DNA of 36,495 nucleotides from a virus, in UHGV virus genome UHGV-0114752. One strand, written 5' to 3'. Positions 25,442 through 34,403 of this stretch are shown piece after piece; the first letter of the stretch is position 1, and every line of letters begins with the position of its first letter. The notes beneath the pieces were generated by a model. It did no database searches. It saw only the letters and a list, made by a program, of their open reading frames with translations, and was not told the origin of the DNA. Made by a program: the position numbers and the translations under genes.

Positions 25442-28400
25442 TTATCTGGATGACCAGCCATTGTCTTTGAGCTTTTTATTAACTCGTCTTAGTTCGCGCG
25501 AAAGTCTTCTATACTCTACACTCCGTTCCCCATAAGTACTTTTAGCTTCTCGTTTCTCCTTACGCAAGGATTTAGCTTCTTGCAGGAGTTTCTCTCTAGT
25601 GTCATAGAACGGGTTGGCATCTGTCCTCGTCGTCTTAGCCGCATTGTGAACTTGAATCGTGGCATTGGCGAAGGAGCTAATCATTTCAAACACACGGCCG
25701 ACAGTTTTCGCGTTGGCTATGTTGGACGTGAGAGCAACGACATCCCCAAGAGATCGGCTTACCCCGGCGCCAACTTCAATCCATTCATTCATGGTCACGG
25801 CGTCCATGTCTTCCGTACTCTTGAGTATGGTCTCGTAAGCGTCGGACAGACCGCGAATCGTTCGGCTAAAGTCCGTGAGCGTGTTCGGTCTAGCATAAAC
25901 ATGGCCGCCACCGAATGCATAATAGTCTAAGGCTTGGAACAGACCTGCGAAAACAGGTGTCGATACCAAAGGCCCAAGGGACATGTTATACAATATGTTT
26001 TCTGCCGTGAACTCGTCGTCGTTGTAGCTGGTGAAGAACGAAGCGGCCATGCCTGTGACGGCGCTTGCAAACCCTACGATAGACCACATCCGAATGAAGT
26101 TCCCCAGCTTGCGCATGTTGCTGATGTCTCCACGCTTGAATTGGCTAAAGAGAATCGCCGTCTTGTTAATCATGTCGGACATGAACAGCACTTGGAAAGC
26201 TTCATACGCAGACCCTCCTAAAGTCCCAATAGCGCGAGTAGATTGATTTTCTGGCTGGGCAGACTTCAAAATGTTGAGATTCAACTGGTCTATAATCTCG
26301 CTTTTGCTAAGGCCTCGGTTGTAAAGAATCTGTGAGGCAAGCATGTTCCCATGCTGGACACACCAAAGGTCAAGGTCAATCAAAGCCGAATTACCGCACT
26401 CCTGCCAATAAAGGACTTGTGCCTGTTTGATGCGAGGCGCATTTTGAGAAGCCTTAATAATCGCTCGGTCCTGCCATGTTAATGGTTTACGAGCAGTTAT
26501 GCCTTCCAATTTGGCCATCTCTTGAAGGGAAATAGGATGAGGATTGACGGCTAGAGAAACCAGCCCCTTTATGATTTCCATACTGCTGAAATCAGTGCCA
26601 ACAAGCGGGTTGAAGAAAGCCGCACCACTACGACAAACCGAAGCAATAGAATTGAAAATCTTCGTTCTCGCCAATGTGCCAGCCGCTTTCATGAACATCT
26701 CGCCAAACATCCCTTGCTGGGCACGAATGCGACCCTCATTCAGGAAGTTATACAATCCCTTTATGAATTGTTGATAGTTCTCCTTACCTATGACGTTCTG
26801 GATTTGTAAGGACGTCTTAGTGTTTAATAAAACTTTGTTATAGTACTCGCTAAGATAAAGGGAAGAAGACCAACCTTCTGCAATTTGTGCATACCTTTCA
26901 AACTCCTGAACAGGGTTTACAAACATGCTTATCTCGGCAGAAGCGGGAGTGCTTCTCTTCTTCATGAAGGAAGGCTTACCTGAATAAGAGATTTGTCCCG
27001 GCTCATAACCCGTTGTGTCATAGAAGCCGTCCCCCATTTGCCCTTCATGTGCGGTAGTGCGCGGGGTATAAAAGTCCTCCATGCTGGAGACTTGACCGAA
27101 GAACGATTCTTCTATGCTTGCTATCTTTAAACCTAATTCCCTGTAAGCGCTTTGTATCGACCGCGCCAAGAACAAGCCGTCAGGACCTAATGCTTCAATC
27201 AGCTCCTGCTGGTCTTGGGCAAGCCTTGCATCATACATCTCTTGCGCCTCAAGAACCCTATTTTCATACGCCTCTTGCGTTATCTCTTCGTTAGATAATT
27301 GTTCATCCAGTTGAGAGATACGGGCATCAAGAAGAGCCTTATCTCCAAAGTCCATCTGGTAGTTGTTCCGAAGCACTGCAACGCCATCCGATTCTTGAAG
27401 CGTCTGATAAATCTTGATTAGTTGCGTTTTGGTAAACTCACCATTACGGAACTGAATCAAATCATTATTCATCTTGTAGAAGTGCCGTGCTACTTGCGTT
27501 GCAGACTTGGCATCTTTGACTCCCCCACGGGTCGCCGCTCCCTTAAGCCATGACGAAATCATCGCATGTCTCTTAACGCGAGCATTGTCACGCTCAAGAG
27601 TAGCCCTGACAACTTCGTTAAGAAGGAAAGTACCGTTTGACTTAAAGCCCGGCAAGGTCTCTAAAACTTCGGCAAGTTGGACTGTTGAAAGAAGTCCAGT
27701 GAAGAAGCTTTTGATGGTGCTATATTCGCCGCTTTCACGAAGAAGAGCTTTCAAATCGTCCACCTTCTTCTCCGTTCCTACTGCACGGGCCACCTCGTCG
27801 CGGAAGACATTCAACTTCTTCTCGCGGCGTTCAAGCTCTTCCCTCCATCTAAGTCTCCCCTCATCCTGTAAACGCTTTAAGGCTTCAAAAGCTTTTTCCT
27901 GATCGGCCGCATTGCGCACATACTGATATCTGCCGTTGTCCATCTTTTCCCGGTACAAGGCAGAACCGAATGTTTCTAAAAGTGATTGCGCCTGCTGGAT
28001 GTTTCTTACCTGTGCGCTGGAAGGGTCTTGTGAACTTTCAATAATGCGTTCCAGCATATTCTGTAGAAGGTCCTGTTGAGCTTCTACCTCGGCAAGAGGC
28101 ATCCTCATGATCTCTTCTATAGCTAAAGTCTGGTACCTCCCTGCCGCATCTAGAGTAGAAGAGACTCCCTTCGTGTCTCTATAGGCCCGCTTAGCTAGAC
28201 GTTCCAGACCGCGAACATTATTAATTTGCTTCTTAGCCTCTTTCCTAAGCGACGCCTCTTCCTCACGGGTTGACTGGCGAAGAGATTTATCAACAAGCTT
28301 TCTGACCTCTCTCTCTATCTTAGCGAATTCAGCTTCCTGAATTTGATAGTTTATAGCCTTCACTCCACGGTCCAAAGCAGTTTGAAGCGACGCCTCAAAC

Positions 28401-31400
28401 TGCAATTGGCTTGTAGGATTGATAAGCTTTTGAGCTAACGACGTAGGAATAAAGGTCTTCCCGTATTGGCCAAAGGCGTTTTGCAGGGTAAGAACGCTAT
28501 TAAGCAATGCGTTCTGTTGCCTCTTGTCGGAGAACTTCCCTTCAACGGCTTGCTCGGCAAGGCTCATAAAAGACTTCCGAATGGCCTTGAGCTTGGCAAT
28601 GGCTTGTTCAGACGTGCTACCGACGATATCGGACATGGCTTTTTCAATGGTCCGAATCCCCGGCCCTACCCGAAGAGCGCTAGTCCTTTCTTGGACGGAG
28701 GGAAGAATCGCCGTTTCGGCCGCGCTGTTTACCAAAGAAGCTATGTCTCTAGCATTCGTCTGGTCAGCTATGTTCGCCAAAGACTGTGACCATTTAACAA
28801 AATCAGCATCCAGAACCCCGTCTTCAATGGCTTGCTTGATGCGTTCCCCTTCTTTGAAGATGTTCCCAACTTCCGCTATGTTGTCCTTTTGCCATTCAAG
28901 GATGCTTTGGACGTCTCCCGGAAGGCTTCCGAGAAGTTCAGGATTGGTCGCCAGCGCCTTCCCCATCGTCGCTAGAGCTTCTTGAAGAGCGACATCATTA
29001 GACAAATCGCCAAAGTCTCTTCCCGTATGTTCCCCATACTTGCGGACGGAATCTTCAATGAACTCTCTAGTGACGGCGCCTGTCTCTAAATCATAAGTAG
29101 CATTAGCGTGAATGATTTCTTCCAGAATGTCTAGCGGATTTGCCCTGCCTTCGATAACGGCTATTTGCCCAGCACGATACGCCGAAACAACCTCCAGATT
29201 ATTAGCAACGTCCTCAACGGTAATTTCACCTGCATTATATTGTTCTCTTAATTCAGGATTAGATTGTATATAAGCTAAAGCCCTAGCTCTCGCTGTGGAT
29301 TGGTTGATGCCTTCTGAATTCTGAATGGAAGTCAACAGCTCATCAGGGTTCAACTGGATGCCTTGGCTCTCGATTGCTGGTTCAAGCTGTCTTTGAGCAA
29401 ACAGGTTCAAGGCTTGGACGAAAGAAGGATTAGAGGCGAGGGTCTCGGAAAGGTAAGTCCCTGCCATTTCATCAGTCAACGTCATTGTGGACTGATTGCC
29501 TGAACCCGGATCAGTAGTGATGATGTCGAAGGTGCCATCCCCATTATCTTTAAAGGTAGGCATCAACTCCACGTTCTTGAACATCTCGGCATTCTTGGCT
29601 ACAAAGTTGAGCATAGCCGCCGAACTACTCGCCGCATTCTCCGGTGACCCATTCAGTTGTTGAGTGTTGAAGAGCGCTTGCTGAATCAGATTCGAACGCT
29701 CCTTCCCATCCGGCATCGTAGCTATCTGATGCGCTATGTCGCTTTCAATCCCTAAGCCAATAAGAGCTTGCGGACTACGGCCTACCTTGTTGATAAGGTG
29801 ATTCGCCTGAAAGCCACCTAACGCGCCCATTGACCCCCCCAATACAACTGTCGGTATGAAGAACGCAGGGTCCAACGGGTTGTAGTTTTCCCACCAGTTT
29901 TTAAAAGTGTTCTGCTCTGTTAGGTCAACACCTAGACTTCTGTATAGATTCTCAACACCAATGTAAACAGGATCAGAAATGCTTTCTTGAACCGTTTCAG
30001 TAGCCGCACCTGCCGCTCCAGACATGGCGATTCTGCCGCCTAGAGAGCGCCCAGCCGCCGCTTGAATCCCACGCACGGCCTCTTCACCGCCCCTTATAGC
30101 CCTGACGCCTTTAAGGGCCACTCCACCAGCCGCCATCGTAAGGGCGTCCAACGCACCTTCAAGAGAACCGACAGTCAATCCATACGCGACAGACCCATTT
30201 TTGCTGGAATTGTTGCTAAACGCCTCAAGCCCAGCACTAGACCCATACACCATAGAGCCTACAGTGGTAGCTGTAGAATATACCGCCACTGGATTTCTGG
30301 TAACCGCCCCAGCAATAAATGAACTTAAGCTAACCGCCGCGACCTTGGGAACATTATCAACCAAGTTTCTTAGGCCCAATCCCCAGCGGTTCTCCGGCAT
30401 GTCGCGAGTCGCCCGATATTCATTCTGGATTGCAAGAGCAAGTCTTAAAGCTTTTTCTTCTTCTAAGCCTTCCGAAGTGGACAATTTGACGAAGTTCCCA
30501 ATGTCTTCATAGGTGTCATCAATAGCTTGTATGATCCACGTGCGCTTATCATCAGGGATGAAATTCGGGAGCATATCAATAGCAAGCTTAAAGGACCCTC
30601 CGTTTTCACCAAGGGCAAGAAGCTTGTCTGCCATCTTGTCCCAGTCCAAAGAACCTTCCTTGATATACTCATCCTTAATCCACGACGTAGCTTCATACGC
30701 CGCTTTGTATTGCGCCCTTAGATAAGGAGCATTATTAAAGATGGACCTAGCATAGATAGAGTCTTCCCCTAAAGCGTCAATAGCTTTTTCAATGTCTCCA
30801 CCATTCTCTAAGAAGGAAGGAAGGAAGTTGCCCTCCGCCCTGTAATAGCTTTCCTTTACTTGCCGCGAACGCTTGAGGTCTTGAGAGTATTTATTGATAA
30901 CACCATTGATGCTATCAACACCATATTCTTGCATGAGAAGCGACGACGCCATCTCATCGCTAATCTCTACATTGGGGAACTTTACATCCTTGATCGCTTG
31001 AATTAGGATTCTTTCCTTCTGTGCATTGTCGGAGTTGTTCCAAGCAAAAATCTGATCGCCATTGAGGATTCCTCCTAGCTCATTATCACTAACCTCTTGA
31101 GCATCAATGTTCCCGTAAAGCCCCTTCTCCGGCTGGATGTTTTGGGTAAGGGCACCTATGATAGCATTCTGACGTTCAATCTTATCTCGCCGAACTTCAA
31201 AGGCAGGATCGATCCCACGCTTTACAAGAGAGTCATGAAGTTTGAGTGCCTCTGAAATCATCGAATCATCAAGCACATCGGATGATTCTATATCTCTTTG
31301 AAGCTTTTTATAAGAATCAAGTTCCGCAAGAGTCTGACGCCTTAATGCGTTAGCTCGTAGTCCAATATAGTCTGCTTGCTGTTGTTCTGAAAGTTCAGCA

Positions 31401-31540
31401 AAGCCAACATTTGCGGCACGTCTTTGCTCTACTGGAATAGATTCTGGGGTTAGGTCTAAAGGACGAAGCTCTTCTTCACCTAAAGGTTGCGTGGCATCCA
31501 GCTCATCATCAGGTGAGGTAAATTGTAGTCTCTGTGCCAT
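25442..31540 (-). CDS. Giant virion protein (2032 aa): internal ejection / core protein (T7 gp16-like by position) or tape-measure-like
   Basis: Single uninterrupted ORF. Long coiled-coil-rich middle. Gly/Ala-rich region (GGVALKGVRAIRGG...AAGAATETV). C-terminal hydrophobic helices (SIVGFASAVTGMAASFF; LGPLVSTPVFAGLFQAL). Confidence 0.6.
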   Translation of the reverse strand: MAQRLQFTSPDDELDATQPLGEEELRPLDLTPESIPVEQRRAANVGFAELSEQQQADYIGLRANALRRQTLAELDSYKKLQRDIESSDVLDDSMISEALKLHDSLVKRGIDPAFEVRRDKIERQNAIIGALTQNIQPEKGLYGNIDAQEVSDNELGGILNGDQIFAWNNSDNAQKERILIQAIKDVKFPNVEISDEMASSLLMQEYGVDSINGVINKYSQDLKRSRQVKESYYRAEGNFLPSFLENGGDIEKAIDALGEDSIYARSIFNNAPYLRAQYKAAYEATSWIKDEYIKEGSLDWDKMADKLLALGENGGSFKLAIDMLPNFIPDDKRTWIIQAIDDTYEDIGNFVKLSTSEGLEEEKALRLALAIQNEYRATRDMPENRWGLGLRNLVDNVPKVAAVSLSSFIAGAVTRNPVAVYSTATTVGSMVYGSSAGLEAFSNNSSKNGSVAYGLTVGSLEGALDALTMAAGGVALKGVRAIRGGEEAVRGIQAAAGRSLGGRIAMSGAAGAATETVQESISDPVYIGVENLYRSLGVDLTEQNTFKNWWENYNPLDPAFFIPTVVLGGSMGALGGFQANHLINKVGRSPQALIGLGIESDIAHQIATMPDGKERSNLIQQALFNTQQLNGSPENAASSSAAMLNFVAKNAEMFKNVELMPTFKDNGDGTFDIITTDPGSGNQSTMTLTDEMAGTYLSETLASNPSFVQALNLFAQRQLEPAIESQGIQLNPDELLTSIQNSEGINQSTARARALAYIQSNPELREQYNAGEITVEDVANNLEVVSAYRAGQIAVIEGRANPLDILEEIIHANATYDLETGAVTREFIEDSVRKYGEHTGRDFGDLSNDVALQEALATMGKALATNPELLGSLPGDVQSILEWQKDNIAEVGNIFKEGERIKQAIEDGVLDADFVKWSQSLANIADQTNARDIASLVNSAAETAILPSVQERTSALRVGPGIRTIEKAMSDIVGSTSEQAIAKLKAIRKSFMSLAEQAVEGKFSDKRQQNALLNSVLTLQNAFGQYGKTFIPTSLAQKLINPTSQLQFEASLQTALDRGVKAINYQIQEAEFAKIEREVRKLVDKSLRQSTREEEASLRKEAKKQINNVRGLERLAKRAYRDTKGVSSTLDAAGRYQTLAIEEIMRMPLAEVEAQQDLLQNMLERIIESSQDPSSAQVRNIQQAQSLLETFGSALYREKMDNGRYQYVRNAADQEKAFEALKRLQDEGRLRWREELERREKKLNVFRDEVARAVGTEKKVDDLKALLRESGEYSTIKSFFTGLLSTVQLAEVLETLPGFKSNGTFLLNEVVRATLERDNARVKRHAMISSWLKGAATRGGVKDAKSATQVARHFYKMNNDLIQFRNGEFTKTQLIKIYQTLQESDGVAVLRNNYQMDFGDKALLDARISQLDEQLSNEEITQEAYENRVLEAQEMYDARLAQDQQELIEALGPDGLFLARSIQSAYRELGLKIASIEESFFGQVSSMEDFYTPRTTAHEGQMGDGFYDTTGYEPGQISYSGKPSFMKKRSTPASAEISMFVNPVQEFERYAQIAEGWSSSLYLSEYYNKVLLNTKTSLQIQNVIGKENYQQFIKGLYNFLNEGRIRAQQGMFGEMFMKAAGTLARTKIFNSIASVCRSGAAFFNPLVGTDFSSMEIIKGLVSLAVNPHPISLQEMAKLEGITARKPLTWQDRAIIKASQNAPRIKQAQVLYWQECGNSALIDLDLWCVQHGNMLASQILYNRGLSKSEIIDQLNLNILKSAQPENQSTRAIGTLGGSAYEAFQVLFMSDMINKTAILFSQFKRGDISNMRKLGNFIRMWSIVGFASAVTGMAASFFTSYNDDEFTAENILYNMSLGPLVSTPVFAGLFQALDYYAFGGGHVYARPNTLTDFSRTIRGLSDAYETILKSTEDMDAVTMNEWIEVGAGVSRSLGDVVALTSNIANAKTVGRVFEMISSFANATIQVHNAAKTTRTDANPFYDTREKLLQEAKSLRKEKREAKSTYGERSVEYRRLSRELRRVNKKLKDNGWSSR

Positions 31541-31541
31541 A

Positions 31542-33554
31542 CTATCTATTCCAGTATGAGATTAAAGCCGAATATATACCTTGTTCATCCTCGTCATTCA
31601 AGCCGTTATTAACCCGTAGAATCCTTGCTCTTCTCTCTGCCACATCTTCTATGGCTTCATCAGAAGGCTTCTGTAAATAGAAAGGATCAATTTGAAGTAG
31701 CCTTCTAGAACCACCAGAAGAAGTATAGAGTTGCTTAGAGAGAACAGGAGTCTTCTTATAGGCCCCTTGTGTCACAACGTTTGAACTCGATATAGGCGAA
31801 ACTTCAAAAATAGAACTGTTGGGAGTGCCAAGCGTGACCACAAACCCACCGTTGGGCATTGAAGGAAGTTCTGTCTTATCTCCCAATTCAAACGAATTGC
31901 CAAGCACGTAAAGGCGAGATGCATTCGCCTGCTCGTTGATGATGCTATCGTCCGTCTGGAAGACATCTTTGTATGAGAAGAAGCCCCTCACTTTTATCCC
32001 AGAACTTTCGGAGACGGAAGTAATAGCATTGCTTAGAATCTGATAACGTTCTGATTCTGTGGGAGTTTTGCCGCCATGACTCCCCATGTAGTTATAAATT
32101 TCCTGCGTAGCCTCATACCTCACTTGGCTAAGGAAGTTCTTGAAATTGGAATCATTGGCTTGGTTCGGAATCTTTTCCCGGACGATATATCTCTTGGCTA
32201 AGGTTTCCGGGTCTTCATACATCCGAGATTCCGTCTTATCCAAATAATATTGTTTGTCCTTAGACATGAAGCTATTTTGGAATTCAGCTTCTGTCATGGA
32301 GATAGGCGACCCATTGCTATCCAGAACATCCCTCCCGGTGTACAAAGGATATTTACCGCTATCCCAAATACGCTCTACCCATGTTTTCGCATCACTTAAA
32401 TATGACGGCGGGGTTTGAGTCTGCATCAATTTGATCAATGATGATTGGTCTTGAGCAGAAAAGTTTGAATTGCTTAGATAGGTTCTAAACGTATTCACCA
32501 TGTTCGCCCGCTCTTCTGGGGTAGAAGATTGGTATTGAGGAATCATGCTCGCCGCATATTTACTCGCCTGTGAGAACTGGGCAGAAGTAGGAGGAACATT
32601 TGCAATCTTCTGGTTATGCATCCTCCACAGCGTAGCAAATTGTTGAGTGTTAATGGCATTCGCATTCAAGGATTCTCTAGCTTGGTCTATAGAAAAGCCT
32701 TGAGGATCAAGCATGAACTTCTCAACAAAGAAATCATAATTCTTCTTCTGGTCTTCATTGATAAATGCTCTGGCTTGGTTGATGCCATACTGTTGTTGCT
32801 CATAGGAAAGCTCTCTAGAATCCACAGAACCCTTGGTCTGAATCTCCTCTAGCAAGCCATAAGGATTCGCCAATGCCTTCTGCTGAACCATGCTAGTGGT
32901 CTTTGCTTGGTCAATAGCGAAGTTGGCTTTCATCTTCTGGGCATCCGAAAGGTACGGTGTTTCCTCCGTGATCCGGGAAGCTTCATCGAACTGTCCGCTT
33001 TTGATAGCGATGTCAATTGCGGCGTTGGTCTCTTCCGTAGCCATTTGACTCACACGCAAAGCCGCTGACCGAGCTACCTTGTTTGCCTCCTGTGCGCGTA
33101 TCTGTTTCATGGCTTCCTCCGTAAGCATCCTATTCTTGCCGAGATAGAATGAGCCATCAAATTGAAGATTGATATTTTGCTGGGCAAGGGCCATTTCCTG
33201 CTGATACGTCTCGGCCCACGTCCCCGGCTTGTTCATCGTGCTAGGATCATTGGAAAGACGAGAAATGATAGTCGCCGATTCATTCATCAGTTCAGCTTGC
33301 ATGCGCCGAGACATGATGCTGTCATTTACGGTCTCAACTTCTGCCTGTGCCTTGCTCCACATTTGAAGCCCTTGACTAAGCCCTTGCAAAGCCTGTTGCC
33401 TAGACGCCGCATCAAATTCATCCCCAAGAGGAACATAGCCCGCTACATTAGTTGTAACGTCTCTAGCATATCTGTTTTCGGGAGTCCCAAGCATAGCAGA
33501 CCTTCTGCTTTGGGAAGAAACCCCAAGTCGGATGTCACGTGTATCTTGTGCCAT
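31542..33554 (-). CDS. Virion internal/ejection protein candidate (670 aa; T7 gp15-like by position and size)
   Basis: ORF track; 1-nt spacing to downstream giant gene; Gln/Asn/Ser-rich. Confidence 0.5.
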   Translation of the reverse strand: MAQDTRDIRLGVSSQSRRSAMLGTPENRYARDVTTNVAGYVPLGDEFDAASRQQALQGLSQGLQMWSKAQAEVETVNDSIMSRRMQAELMNESATIISRLSNDPSTMNKPGTWAETYQQEMALAQQNINLQFDGSFYLGKNRMLTEEAMKQIRAQEANKVARSAALRVSQMATEETNAAIDIAIKSGQFDEASRITEETPYLSDAQKMKANFAIDQAKTTSMVQQKALANPYGLLEEIQTKGSVDSRELSYEQQQYGINQARAFINEDQKKNYDFFVEKFMLDPQGFSIDQARESLNANAINTQQFATLWRMHNQKIANVPPTSAQFSQASKYAASMIPQYQSSTPEERANMVNTFRTYLSNSNFSAQDQSSLIKLMQTQTPPSYLSDAKTWVERIWDSGKYPLYTGRDVLDSNGSPISMTEAEFQNSFMSKDKQYYLDKTESRMYEDPETLAKRYIVREKIPNQANDSNFKNFLSQVRYEATQEIYNYMGSHGGKTPTESERYQILSNAITSVSESSGIKVRGFFSYKDVFQTDDSIINEQANASRLYVLGNSFELGDKTELPSMPNGGFVVTLGTPNSSIFEVSPISSSNVVTQGAYKKTPVLSKQLYTSSGGSRRLLQIDPFYLQKPSDEAIEDVAERRARILRVNNGLNDEDEQGIYSALISYWNR

Positions 33555-33557
33555 GTT

Positions 33558-34403
33558 TTAGAACCCTCCTAATGATGAGCCAAGCTTTGAACCTATAGCC
33601 ATTCCAGCAGGGCCACCTACTACAGCTCCTATTGTAGCCCCAATGATAGAACCGAACGCAGAAGTCCTAGCTTTCTTAGCGCTGGCCCTTGCCTGTCCAG
33701 CACGCCATGAAGCAACTTGAGAACGGTACATGGTGTTTTGCCTAGACTGTTCTGCTTCTCTTTCCGCATCCAAAATCTGCTGTTCAAACTTGTTCATTGT
33801 GCCAAGCTGAACCGCTTCAATAGAACCAGAAGTAGGGGCGAATCCAGTCCTCACAGCAGACACCCTCTGCTGTGTCAAATAGTTCTCCTGATTCCCACGA
33901 AGGCGCATCATGTTCACGCCCGCGATTTTATAAGAAGACTCTGCCTGATTAGCTAAAGCTTGTGCTTGGTATTGATAGCCTTGCTCTGCCTGCCGAAGCT
34001 GACGCTCCTTGTTGAAGGCCCCTGAAATATCGGAGATTACGTTTCCGACAGAACTAAAAGTAGTTGAATTGACACCGAACCCTTCATGGACATCATTCCA
34101 GCCAAGCTTCTCATTGGTCTGCTGGGTCTGCCCATAAGAAGGATTTATGGAATAGACATTAGGTTGAGCCTCAACTCCATATGAATTAGAATAGGTAGCT
34201 GGTTGCGGCATTTCAGGAAAGCCGCTTTCAGTGACAGGGTAAGAAGAGAAAGTCCCTAGCCCGCTATCATCATAATATTGTGGGAGAAGACCCCGACCGT
34301 AAGCTCCGGGCAGGTTGGGAACAACTTGGTTCTCAATCCAACTGGGCCAATTATACAACGTGGCTTCGGCCCACGCCATGTCGTTATACAAGGTCGGAGT
34401 CAT
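33558..34403 (-). CDS. Virion protein with C-terminal glycine-zipper membrane segment (281 aa; T7 gp14-like by position)
   Basis: C-terminus SAFGSIIGATIGAVVGGPAGMAIGSKLGSSLGGF; tight coupling with flanking genes. Confidence 0.5.
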   Translation of the reverse strand: MTPTLYNDMAWAEATLYNWPSWIENQVVPNLPGAYGRGLLPQYYDDSGLGTFSSYPVTESGFPEMPQPATYSNSYGVEAQPNVYSINPSYGQTQQTNEKLGWNDVHEGFGVNSTTFSSVGNVISDISGAFNKERQLRQAEQGYQYQAQALANQAESSYKIAGVNMMRLRGNQENYLTQQRVSAVRTGFAPTSGSIEAVQLGTMNKFEQQILDAEREAEQSRQNTMYRSQVASWRAGQARASAKKARTSAFGSIIGATIGAVVGGPAGMAIGSKLGSSLGGF